Under the pieces are notes generated by a model, which saw nothing but the letters and a program-made list of their open reading frames with translations, was not told where the DNA came from and ran no database searches. A stretch of 50,423 nucleotides of DNA from Candidatus Thalassarchaeum sp. (GTDB lineage Archaea; Thermoplasmatota; Poseidoniia; Poseidoniales; Thalassarchaeaceae). The stretch's first letter is position 1, and each line of letters opens with the position of its first letter. The stretch covers positions 1 through 50,423 of the forward strand of contig CBFHQW010000001.1 of NCBI GenBank assembly GCA_965658085.1, written 5' to 3'. Shown here piece after piece: positions 9,184 through 18,800 of this stretch. The position numbers and the translations under genes are program-made.

Positions 9184-11292
9184 ATGACTATGGAGCCGCG
9201 GGGTGATATCAGCAACCCCCAGGAACTCGACCCAACCGCTCTTGGATTCATGTGTGGTTTAGAGATTCATCAACAACTGGCCACCGGGAAGTTGCACTCT
9301 AGGATGCCGAGCAATCTATTCGATTATGGAATCGAAGAGGTGCCGGATGACTGGCCCCGCTCGAGTCGCCGCCTCCGGGCTTCTAGGGGTGAGGCGGGGC
9401 AAATTGACATCGCTGCTCGCTTTGAGCATAGGAGGAACCGATCCTTCGTCTATGTCCAGCCTCCCAACGCCGGATTAATTGAGATGGACGAGGCTCCTCC
9501 CCTTGGGCACGATGACGACGCAGTCGATGTGGTCCTCACCATGGCTGCGATGATGGATGCGAAACCAGTCGCTGCCCTCCAAGCTATGCGCAAGACGGTA
9601 GTAGATGGATCTAACACCAGTGGTTTCCAGCGCACCACGCTCATCGCTACCGATGGTGCAGTCGACACCTCCTCTGGTGTGGTTGGTGTAGATGTGATAT
9701 GCCTAGAGGAAGACTCAGCTAGGAAACTGGATACCCAGTCCTCCTTATCGGGAGAGACGGTCTTCTACACCCTCGACAGACTCGGTATGCCGTTAGTCGA
9801 GGTCGCTACGGCCCCGGATGTGCAGACCCCTGAGCACGCCAAGGAGACCGCACTAACTCTGGGAACCCTGCTCAGGGACACTCGCAGAGTTAGGAGGGGG
9901 TTGGGTTCAATTAGACAGGATCTCAATGTGAGCATCGCCTGTGGAGACCGAGTGGAGATTAAGGGATGTCAGGATCTTGATTGGATTCCACGGATAATCA
10001 GTCTTGAGATGGCACGACAACTACACATGTATCGGCTTGCCAATGAGCTCCGCAGTGAGGCCAATCTACCCCCTCTACCTCCAGACAGGGACGACGACAA
10101 TATTCCTGTCGAAAACCGAGTGTCTGCTGCTGCAACGTCCCGTCTTTCCCTCAATATTCATGATCTCTCAGGATGTTTCGCAGCTTGCGAGTCAGAGATG
10201 GTGCGTGCTTCACTCTCCGCAGGCTCGCGAGTGCAGGGAGTAGCGCTTTCTGGTTTCGCCAGTAAGATTGGAAGCAAACAACTCGACGGTGATGGAGCAC
10301 AACTTCCTCGACTCGGTAGGGAACTCGCCAGCGCAGCGAAACTAGCCGGTGTTGCCGGAATCTTCCACTCGGACGAGTTGCCTGCTTACGGAATATCAGA
10401 AACTGAGGTAGCAGAGGTCCGCCAGACACTCTCATTGGAAGTCTCCGATGCCTTCGTGCTGTGCGTCGCTCCAGCATGGCAGTCGGAACTTGCTCTGGAA
10501 GCAGTAATTGAGCGTGCCAGAGGTGCCTATCACAGAATTCCTCGTGAGGTTCGCAATGTCGTAATCCAGAAGGGGCAGCCCGCCGATGGAACGACGACAG
10601 CGATGAGGCCACTTCCCGGCGGAGCGCGGATGTATCCTGAGACCGACATCCCAATTCTGGAGGTCTCTACCGAGCACTGGGACGATATCCGAGAAAATCT
10701 GCCACTGAGTACGGAGCAGAGGCGCGAGCGGCTACAGAATCTCGAACTGTCCCAGAATCAGATGGAAGCTATCCTCAGCTCTGAGATGGATGATGTTCTG
10801 ATTATGGGAGTTGAGAAGGGGCTATGTGGATGCCCACCGGTTCCAGCCAAGGCATGGGCCTCAGCGATTCTCGACAATACTCGTGCAGAAATAGCAGAAG
10901 GCACCGGACACAGCGAATCGAAGGTCCCATGGCCAGTGCTCACACTAGCTGTGCATGCGCGTGAGGAAGACATCATCACACGCGATGGACTAGTCCCGCT
11001 GGCTCGCAGGCTCTGGCTGGAAGGACCGTCCTCCACTGATATCGAGTTCAAGGAGCGGCTGGAGTGGTTTGCACAGCAAGCCGAGGAAGCCGGGTTCACT
11101 CCGGCCGACATGGGGGCGGTTGAGACCGCGGTCGAGGAGGTCGTCTCTGAGAATATGGATATGATCAGGGAACGTGGTATGGGTGCTATGGGTCCGTTAA
11201 TGGGTGCTGTGATGCAGAAGCTAGGCGGTTCAGCTGATGGCAAAACTGTGAGCAAAGCTCTACGTAGTAAAATATCAGAGTTGGGCGATTAG
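9184..11292 (+). CDS. gatE: Glutamyl-tRNA(Gln) amidotransferase subunit E
   Basis: N-terminal GLEIHQQL motif, GatB/E core and a C-terminal YqeY/GatB-like tail (GAVMQKLGGSADGK). 31 nt downstream of mcm. Confidence 0.85.
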   Translation: MTMEPRGDISNPQELDPTALGFMCGLEIHQQLATGKLHSRMPSNLFDYGIEEVPDDWPRSSRRLRASRGEAGQIDIAARFEHRRNRSFVYVQPPNAGLIEMDEAPPLGHDDDAVDVVLTMAAMMDAKPVAALQAMRKTVVDGSNTSGFQRTTLIATDGAVDTSSGVVGVDVICLEEDSARKLDTQSSLSGETVFYTLDRLGMPLVEVATAPDVQTPEHAKETALTLGTLLRDTRRVRRGLGSIRQDLNVSIACGDRVEIKGCQDLDWIPRIISLEMARQLHMYRLANELRSEANLPPLPPDRDDDNIPVENRVSAAATSRLSLNIHDLSGCFAACESEMVRASLSAGSRVQGVALSGFASKIGSKQLDGDGAQLPRLGRELASAAKLAGVAGIFHSDELPAYGISETEVAEVRQTLSLEVSDAFVLCVAPAWQSELALEAVIERARGAYHRIPREVRNVVIQKGQPADGTTTAMRPLPGGARMYPETDIPILEVSTEHWDDIRENLPLSTEQRRERLQNLELSQNQMEAILSSEMDDVLIMGVEKGLCGCPPVPAKAWASAILDNTRAEIAEGTGHSESKVPWPVLTLAVHAREEDIITRDGLVPLARRLWLEGPSSTDIEFKERLEWFAQQAEEAGFTPADMGAVETAVEEVVSENMDMIRERGMGAMGPLMGAVMQKLGGSADGKTVSKALRSKISELGD

Positions 11293-11329
11293 GATTGTTC
11301 AATAACCGATTCAACTGACTTCAGGTTCC

Positions 11330-11881
11330 GTGTCCGACTCTTTGAAACCAATCTCTCTGGGAATACTTGTTCTGCTACTGGTATCATTCCCAAAAATCAG
11401 TACTGAGTGGGCTAGGATGACCGCGGATTTGGTTGATGAGGAAGATGACCCACACTTTGGCCTACCCGATATTTGGGATGGCCACCAAGTCGTTTGCATC
11501 CACTTCCCCGAAGCCGAGGCACCCGAGGACTTTGACCAAGGTCGCATACACATAGATTACGATGGGACCGAGTTCATGAGTGACGTTGAATGGAACGAGA
11601 CCGGAGCATGCATCGGCGGGTTTTCTGGTTACGACAGTGGCTGGTCGCTACTCAACGCCGCAATCAATTCCACAGGGGATACTTTCCTGCTGAACATCAC
11701 ACAATATTCGTTTGGGCTAATGGTCGACTCAATAGCGGGAGTTGATCCCAGTCAGATGTCGGGAAATTTTAGTGGGGCATATTGGTCACTCTACCATAAT
11801 GGAGCACTCTCGATGATTGGGATTACTGAATTGGAATTAGATTCTGACAGCGTTATCACATGGCGCGTGGACACTTGGTGA
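11330..11881 (+). CDS. Secreted DUF4430-like protein
   Basis: N-terminal hydrophobic signal or anchor (ISLGILVLLLVSF). The C-terminus, YWSLYHNGALSMIGITELELDSDSVITWRVDTW, resembles the DUF4430 terminal motif (W.Y.VNG...G....L.DGD.I.W). GTG start. Confidence 0.45.
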   Translation: MSDSLKPISLGILVLLLVSFPKISTEWARMTADLVDEEDDPHFGLPDIWDGHQVVCIHFPEAEAPEDFDQGRIHIDYDGTEFMSDVEWNETGACIGGFSGYDSGWSLLNAAINSTGDTFLLNITQYSFGLMVDSIAGVDPSQMSGNFSGAYWSLYHNGALSMIGITELELDSDSVITWRVDTW

Positions 11882-11900
11882 GGCCATATGCAGGACAACC

Positions 11901-12596
11901 ATGAAGTGCAAGTTGAATCTCACTAGTAGGGGGGCGCACATGTTCGATGCACACGCGGTAGTACTTGGACCTCAAGGCATGCTCGTAATCAACATCACAA
12001 TGCTCTCATTGATTGGATGGGCGCTGTGGAGGGCAGAACAGAAATTGTCCTCTGGAAGCGACCTAATCATCCTCGTTCTCTTGGGAGCGTTTGCAGTCTC
12101 AGGACGTATACTCCTAGATCCGATACCTAATGTTCAACCAGTCACTGTCATCGTGCTGCTGGCTGGTATCCATTTCGGTGCCGCCCGCGCTATTGCTCTG
12201 GCGGCGGCAGTGGCGCTGTGCTCGAACATGCTGTTGGGGCACGGATTATGGTCACTCTACCAGGCCGTCGGATGGTCCGTTGTGGGGATTGCGGGGGCGA
12301 CTCTGTCGAACCGACTCTACGTAAACGGTCGCATGATGATTCCAACTCTTGCTGGATTGGCCGCCGTCTCAGCCTTCGCATTCGATTGGATAGTATCACT
12401 CAGTGCACTCCACTCGCTTAGTAACGAGGTGTTCCTGGTCTATCTGATGACCGGCATTCCATACGACCTACTGCATGCAGCGGGTAACGTAGTCTTTGTC
12501 GTGTGGCTGGCCAACCCCCTCAGTGAAGTCATGACTAGGCATATTGCACCCCCTACTCCAATGGCGGTGAGGGACCCTGTCTCAAGCAGAGTCTGA
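11901..12596 (+). CDS. Polytopic membrane protein, ECF-transporter S-component-like (DUF6580/CbrT-like)
   Basis: About 6 hydrophobic helices. The DPIPNVQPVTVIVLLAG motif resembles the PN(V/F)xP motif of that family, and pairing with DUF4430 is typical. The start is uncertain: 11901, M14, or later. Confidence 0.4.
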   Translation: MKCKLNLTSRGAHMFDAHAVVLGPQGMLVINITMLSLIGWALWRAEQKLSSGSDLIILVLLGAFAVSGRILLDPIPNVQPVTVIVLLAGIHFGAARAIALAAAVALCSNMLLGHGLWSLYQAVGWSVVGIAGATLSNRLYVNGRMMIPTLAGLAAVSAFAFDWIVSLSALHSLSNEVFLVYLMTGIPYDLLHAAGNVVFVVWLANPLSEVMTRHIAPPTPMAVRDPVSSRV

Positions 12597-12603
12597 GATT
12601 ACG

Positions 12604-12948
12604 ATGGTGATGGTCACTCGTAGTGACTTGAAACTCTCTAGGGGCAAGCTTGCAGCCCAATGCGGTCATGCAGTGGCTGAGTGCGTTCTGAAGGCCAAGC
12701 GTGAACAGCCAAGGATGCTCAAGCGCTACATGAGTGAAGGAGCGAGGAAGATAGTCTGCGAAACTCCCGATCTAGAATCACTGAAGAGATTGTTCGGAGA
12801 TGCTCGAGTCTGTGGATTGGTGTGCTACATGGTGACGGATGCTGGTCACACAGAGATTCCTGCAGGAACTGTCACCATGCTCGGTATAGGCCCTGGTCCA
12901 CGTTCCGAAATCGACCCACTGACAAGCAGTTTGCCTTTAGTCAAGTAA
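12604..12948 (+). CDS. pth2: Peptidyl-tRNA hydrolase, archaeal type
   Basis: KLSRGKLAAQCGHA ... DAGHTEIPAGTVTMLGIGP; 114 aa. Confidence 0.88.
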   Translation: MVMVTRSDLKLSRGKLAAQCGHAVAECVLKAKREQPRMLKRYMSEGARKIVCETPDLESLKRLFGDARVCGLVCYMVTDAGHTEIPAGTVTMLGIGPGPRSEIDPLTSSLPLVK

Positions 12949-12963
12949 TATAAATTGAGAAAA

Positions 12964-12994
12964 CCCACCGTAAGCAAATGCTCTAGACGGTGGG
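12964..12994. terminator. Hairpin between convergent genes
   Basis: CCCACCG...CGGTGGG: a 7-bp stem with a 17-nt loop, 16 nt after the pth2 stop. Confidence 0.25.
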
Positions 12995-13004
12995 TATAAC
13001 GGCT

Positions 13005-13032
13005 GGACTGGGAGGCATTTGCCCCCCAGTCC
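13005..13032. terminator. Second hairpin between convergent genes
   Basis: GGACTGGG-(aggcatttgccc)-CCCAGTCC: an 8-bp stem, with possible extra GGC/GCC pairing inside the loop. Confidence 0.3.
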
Positions 13033-13070
13033 GCCTTACGTAATTCTGTCAGTCTAGTTTCCCAGAATGA

Positions 13071-13628
13071 TCAGGTCATTTCGACAATCTTAACCGAAGC
13101 CAGTGCTCCGATACCAACCATCACGCCGTCCATAACCCAGTGGCTTGCAGCAGCACCTATATCGCCACCATCGCCCATTAGGTTAGACGCCATGTCCATG
13201 TTTCCACCGACCATTGTACCCAGGGCCATCACCACGAAAGCGGTGACCCATGCGTCGCAGCGGTCGTAGACGGTCCACAGAAGTGCACCACCGGCAATCA
13301 AGCCTAGTGCCGGCCACATGTCGAATGCCCACATCTCAGGGGCCTCCACTGCAGACGACTCGCCACTGGTAAGTAGCAGCACTGCTAGCACTGCTCCAAT
13401 TACCTGCGCAACTAGGCGGCTTCCATTGTCCATCCAACTGTCCGCATCAGTCAGGTCACCTGTAACTATGTGACCCCACGTGATAACGGGCAGTATGTGG
13501 GCTCCACCTATTGCCATCCAAGCTGCAGCTAGTACGAGAGCACCACCTAGGTCCATCTCGCCAACTACAAGCCAGGAGAGCATGAAGGCTCCACCCATTT
13601 CATTCATCATTGTGTCTGTATCAACCAT
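13071..13628 (-). CDS. Compact MIP/aquaporin-superfamily-like membrane protein with non-canonical NPA boxes
   Basis: 185 aa. GGAHILPVIT aligns to GGHFNPAVT. VAQVIGAVLAVLLL aligns to the helix-3 AQ.(V/L)GA motif. GGNMDMASN aligns to the second SxNPARS box. SHWVMDGVMVGIGA aligns to hW.Y..gP..Ga. SD GGAGGA lies upstream of ATG 13628. Confidence 0.45.
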   Translation of the reverse strand: MVDTDTMMNEMGGAFMLSWLVVGEMDLGGALVLAAAWMAIGGAHILPVITWGHIVTGDLTDADSWMDNGSRLVAQVIGAVLAVLLLTSGESSAVEAPEMWAFDMWPALGLIAGGALLWTVYDRCDAWVTAFVVMALGTMVGGNMDMASNLMGDGGDIGAAASHWVMDGVMVGIGALASVKIVEMT

Positions 13629-13676
13629 TGTTGTTTCCTCCTCACCTTAGTGAGTGGTTGCCGGCTTTCCTGACGA

Positions 13677-13685
13677 TTTATAATA
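13677..13685 (-). promoter_or_regulatory. Candidate TATA box for the MIP-like gene
   Basis: TTTATAATA (plus-strand reading) lies about 50 nt upstream of ATG 13628, in a 237-bp divergent intergenic region. Confidence 0.3.
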
Positions 13686-13734
13686 GAATCCTACGAAATC
13701 CGGAAACGACCCCCCCAAATGAGGGTCTTTTCCG

Positions 13735-13746
13735 AACACCGGTGTT
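13735..13746. promoter_or_regulatory. Perfect 12-bp palindrome, candidate operator
   Basis: AACACCGGTGTT. The octamer AAATCCGG also occurs twice in the same spacer (13696-13703 and 13791-13798). Confidence 0.3.
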
Positions 13747-13865
13747 GCAGGAGATACCAGATTACTCCCACTACAGTGCACTTTCCTAACAAATCCGGTG
13801 CTACGCACCGAACACAGAGACCAGAATATGCTTAATTGTGAAATTCCTGCTACGCAGGAACCGTC

Positions 13866-14417
13866 ATGAGGCCCTACTACTCCCCGAAGGACGTGGTAAC
13901 TCAGATTACGATCGAGCCCGGCGTTCGAGATGGGTTGCTTGCAGAATGCTCAGGCCTTTCAGGCCTGATTAAATGGCTCGACTCCATTGAAAGGAGACCT
14001 GGTCTAGCAGAGCTAGACCATCGACTAGAGGGCCTAGAAATCAATCTAGCAGCTCTCAAGGAATGCATCGGCTACGCCGATGACGGTTACCAAAGGAACG
14101 TGATTAAGAAATCCAAGTTCTACGAACTAGTAGCAGTCTGCTGGCTTCCAGGCCAAGAGACCCCGATTCACGATCACGTCGGCAGCGACTGCGCCTTCCT
14201 CATCGTTGACGGTATCTCTACTGAGACAATCTATGAAACCAACGAAGAGGGGCTTGCGTATCCGATAACCTCCAGACATTATCAGCCCGGAGAGGTATGC
14301 GCAGCAGAGGAACCAGACATCCATCGCGTCTCAAATGATACCGATTCTGAGCTCGTTAACCTGCACATCTACACTCCACCACTGCATGCGTACAACATCT
14401 ACGCTCCAGCCGAGTGA
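13866..14417 (+). CDS. Cysteine dioxygenase type I (cupin), Arg-type
   Basis: GYQRNVIKKSKFYELVAVCWLPGQETPIHDHVGSDCAFLIVDG aligns to mammalian CDO YTRNLVD...[33 protein letters not shown] supplies the third His. NLHIYTPPL aligns to LHLYSPP. Confidence 0.75.
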   Translation: MRPYYSPKDVVTQITIEPGVRDGLLAECSGLSGLIKWLDSIERRPGLAELDHRLEGLEINLAALKECIGYADDGYQRNVIKKSKFYELVAVCWLPGQETPIHDHVGSDCAFLIVDGISTETIYETNEEGLAYPITSRHYQPGEVCAAEEPDIHRVSNDTDSELVNLHIYTPPLHAYNIYAPAE

Positions 14418-15712
14418 TTAGCAGTCACGGCATCGAGCCTGTATTCTTCAAACACTTCACTGAAAATTTGAATATCGGATTCAAACGTCTCTGGCAACAA
14501 CGGTCCGAAAGAAAAACGGAAGAATCGAGAATATGGTGTCACATAGTTTGGGTCTTTTGAATGTGGACGAGACATGTCACATTCAGAAGCGCATAGAATT
14601 GCGGCACCACGCTTGAACAGTCGCTTGTTGAGCTCAGCACTCGTCATCCCCTCTGGAAGCTCGAGCCAGTGGTAGAATCCACCGTTCCCAGTGTGAACTC
14701 CGAGGCCCATGTCCTCGAATGCCTTCCCGTATCGTTCTCGTTGCCAGTTGTAGTGCTGCTCCACGGCCTTACGAGCCTTTTTGACGCGGCCAGGCTCGAG
14801 AAGTTTGACGGCGTAGTGCTGCGATGGATGACTCACACCACCCATGCCGAAACTAGAGTAGTTGGCCATCGTCTCGATGTTCTTCTTACTGGCGATAATC
14901 CAACCGATGCGAATTCCAGGGGACTGCAGGCCCTTCGTGCAGGCCGCTGCGATGAACACGTTGCTGTTATCCAAGTCCTGCACGTACTCGATTGCACTAA
15001 CGGAAGGGGAATGAAACATTTCGTATGCTTCATCCAGTAGTATTCCGTTTCCAGGCTGCTCAGCCATTTGGATTAACTCTCGCAACTCCTCGCCTGAACG
15101 GGTCTGGCCAGATGGATTCTGAGGATTGGATATGACAGGCATTAGCCGCGTCTCAGGATTTAGGCCTGCGCGATCGAAGTAGGTTGCATTGTTTGGATGG
15201 AAACCATTCTCCTTGGTGAAGGGGACGACTTCGAAGTTGGTTTTGGTCTGCTCCATGATGTCCAGATAAGCGGGCCACTCGATGTTCCCGATTCTCACTT
15301 GCACGTAATCTTTGAGGAACGCCATAACGGTATAGATTCCAGGCCGGCCCCCTGCGAAGACCATGACGTTCTCTGGTGTAATCTTGGAGCTGTATTGGGA
15401 GTTGTAGTACTCTACGATGGCCTCTCGCAACTCCGGATGACCCCATGCCTTAGGGTAGAAACGATCTTCCCAAGTGACATCTATACTCGCAGGAAGAGGA
15501 GGGCCACCGAACTTCTCCAGAGGCGTCGTCAGAGGGAATCCCTGTGACCACGGGTGCGTGCCTTCGGTGCCCATGAAACTGCCGAAAGAGTCCCTGAACG
15601 CGTACAGCGTCTCGTAGATTCCCATTGGAGGGCAATTGTCAGACAGGAAGGACTCCACTTGGCGAGATTCAACGCCTTTGGTATCGCCTGACACGTCTTT
15701 TTGCTCTGCCAT
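14399..15712 (-). CDS. PLP-dependent aminotransferase, class I/II
   Basis: Aminotransferase fold length. SNPQNPSG aligns to the class I/II xNPxNPTG motif; I could not place the PLP lysine. ATG 15712 (MAEQKD) is preferred over the upstream TTG at 15787. The 3' end overlaps the CDO gene by 19 nt (convergent). Confidence 0.75.
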   Translation of the reverse strand: MAEQKDVSGDTKGVESRQVESFLSDNCPPMGIYETLYAFRDSFGSFMGTEGTHPWSQGFPLTTPLEKFGGPPLPASIDVTWEDRFYPKAWGHPELREAIVEYYNSQYSSKITPENVMVFAGGRPGIYTVMAFLKDYVQVRIGNIEWPAYLDIMEQTKTNFEVVPFTKENGFHPNNATYFDRAGLNPETRLMPVISNPQNPSGQTRSGEELRELIQMAEQPGNGILLDEAYEMFHSPSVSAIEYVQDLDNSNVFIAAACTKGLQSPGIRIGWIIASKKNIETMANYSSFGMGGVSHPSQHYAVKLLEPGRVKKARKAVEQHYNWQRERYGKAFEDMGLGVHTGNGGFYHWLELPEGMTSAELNKRLFKRGAAILCASECDMSRPHSKDPNYVTPYSRFFRFSFGPLLPETFESDIQIFSEVFEEYRLDAVTANHSAGA

Positions 15713-15790
15713 GCCTCGCCGTGAGGCTGCAAACAAATGAGTTTGACCTCTCAGTGCATTCGTCGTAATCCAAGGGTACTCGAACAATTG

Positions 15791-15796
15791 TTAAAT
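15791..15796 (+). promoter_or_regulatory. Candidate TATA element for the surface-protein gene, implying a leaderless mRNA
   Basis: TTAAAT ends 24 nt before ATG 15820. There is no SD in between. Confidence 0.25.
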
Positions 15797-15819
15797 CTCG
15801 TGAGAGAAGTCAGGGTGCT

Positions 15820-18800
15820 ATGCGCCAGCCTAGCCGACACCAAAACGTCCTCCCGATAGCCCTCGTGATACTGCTTTTGGGGATGTCAGCCTCAGTAACT
15901 ATTGACTCGGGAGACAGATCCAAATTGGCTGAGGATAAGCCCGCCCTTGAGACTCATGCGAACTCCACTCTCCACTTCCCCGGATCTCAAGCCGGCTCGA
16001 TATATTCGTCCTCCACAGTATCTGCCTCATATGACAATACTTGTGCAGTATTGGATAACAATTCAGTGAAGTGTTGGGGTGAAGGCCAGGTCGGAAGAGG
16101 GGGTTGGGGTGACAACAGTGACCGAAGAACTCCAACACATGTTTTACTCGGCTGGCAGTCCGGAACGCCCAGTTTAGCCACCGAAGTTGGACAGGGCTCC
16201 GGGGCCTCGGGACACCACACTTGTACTATTATGGTCGATGGCACAATTCAATGCTGGGGTGAGGACTTCAGTGGCCAAATCGGCCACGGCGGAAATTCTG
16301 GGTGGCATACTACTCCATATCCAGTAGCGATGCCTGCAGGAAAAACTGCTATACAAGTATCAAACGGAGGGCATCACACTTGCGCTATTATGGATGACCA
16401 TTCTCTCTATTGTTGGGGAGAAAATAGTGAAGGAATAGTAGGAACCGGTCAACGTGGCAACGATCATACTACTCCTTACCCAATCGACCTACCCGCCGGC
16501 CGAACCGCTGTTGCTGTGTCTACTGGATGGAAAAACTCCTGCGTTATCTTGGACGACGGCACTGGAATGTGCTGGGGCCTGAACACGGTGGGCCAAATAG
16601 GGGATGGAACTACTACTAACAGAGACGAACCGACACCGATAACAATCCTCCCAACAAGCAGTACGTTGGCTGCGATAGCAATTGGTGGTGGCGGTGGCAC
16701 TGGTGCTACTAATGGCAGCGAGTCTGGGACAACAACCTGTGCACTATTGAATAACGGTAGTGTAGCTTGCTGGGGCAAAAACGATGTTGGCCAATTTGGA
16801 GATGGAACAACCATATCATCCACCTCTCCCAAGTATGCCTTACTACCACCCGGCCGAACCGCGATATCGATTGATGTAGGAAGATTCCACGCCTGTTCAA
16901 TTCTAGATGACAACAGTAGCGTATGTTGGGGGAACAACACCGATGGACAAATCGGTGATGGGACTACTATTACTCGACTCACACCAACATATGTGGACTT
17001 CCCCAACGGACATTTCTCAACGATATCCACAGGGCAGTACCACACCTGTGGTATCGCATCCAATGCATCAGTACACTGTTGGGGTAAGCATGAGGATGGC
17101 GCACTCGGGTTGGGTACCTCTGACGGCGTGAATATTCAGGATAGTGACATCCCTGCATATGTTGAACTAGGGGATATAAATCCAAACTCAACGGTTCTTG
17201 CATCCGCCTCCTTAGGCGAGAGAGATCATGACAACGACGGCATTGTTTCAATATTCGACTCGACTCCATGGGTTGCTGAATCATGCTCTCCGGGTCAGTA
17301 TTTGTCTGGTCTGCAGTGCATAGACGCCTCCCCCGGGCACCACGTACCTTACCATGACATGACTGAGCAATACGAATGCTACCCTGGAACCTATCAACCA
17401 AATTACGGGCAGAGCTCTTGCATAGATACCTCGCCCGGGTACTTCACCGACGTCAATGGCTCGATCGACCAGAGCCCATGCTTCGCAGGGACCTACCAGC
17501 CTGCCGATGGTCAATCTTCGTGTATTGATGTCGATCGAGGAAATTACAGCGATGCAGGATTAGCCTATCAGATACCCTGTCCACCGGGAACCTACCAGCC
17601 CGACCCCGGCCAACCATCTTGCTTAGATGCAGATCCGGGGAACTATGTTTCTGAACCCCAACAATTCGACCAGACCAAATGTTCGCCGGGAACCTATCAG
17701 CCCGTGGCAGGTAAGACCGGCTGCTTCTTAGCAACGGAAGGGCATTACGCGCCAGGCTTTGGTTCTACAGATCAACTGGCATGTGAGCCTGGGACCTACG
17801 CACCATCGTCTGGCATGGACTCGTGTCACCCTGCCGACCCCGGGTACTATGTCACCGATGGTGGGGGCATAGCACAGATGGCCTGTCCGGCTGGTTCGCA
17901 TCAACCGACTCCCGCATCGATTGGTTGCTCTCTGGTCGATCCAGGGCACTACGCACCTGAGCCAGGGACACCCTTCCAGATACCATGCCCAGCGGGCAAC
18001 TATCAACCAGGCACCGGTTCACAGGATTGTATCGAAGTCGCTTCAGGTCACTATGCACCAGGCCCTGCCGCTACTTCACAAACTGAGTGTGATGCTGGTA
18101 GTTATGCACCTGAGAGCGGTATGGGTGAATGTCTGTTCGCTGATCCAGGCCACCATGTCCCTGATGTAGGTTCAGACTCACAGACTGCATGTTCTGCCGG
18201 ATACCATCAGCCGGCTTCGGGCGCTTCGGAGTGCCTAGTCAACCAGATCGGACATTACACGGATGAGAGTGGAATTGCAGAACAGATACCTTGCTCACCC
18301 GGGACCTACCAGTCGATGATTGGTGCAACATCCTGTTCCGAGGCCGACTATGGTTTCCATGTCCCCAACTCGGGCTCCGCGGGCCAGGAGGGCTGCCTGA
18401 TAGGCACCTATCAGTCACATACCGGACAATCAGAATGCATCGACGCTGAGGCGGGACATTACGTTGACACCCGCGAGGCTGCAGTGTCCACCGCTTGCGA
18501 GCGCGGGACCTACCAGCCTGAGAAAGGACAGACGGAATGCATAGACGCAGATGCGGGCAAACATGTCCCTTCGGCCGGCTCTCCAACCCAGACACCTTGC
18601 GAGCGCGGCACCTTCCAAGAAATGATGGCACAGGCAGAGTGTATTGACTCTCAACCCGGATACTATGTATCAACCAGTGGTGCTGATTACCAGACGGCCT
18701 GCAAGGCAGGCACGTATCAAGACAATGCGGGTAAGATGAGTTGCAAGGAGGCAGACGTCGATCACTTCGTCGCTGAATCCGCAGCGACCAATCAGGAGAA

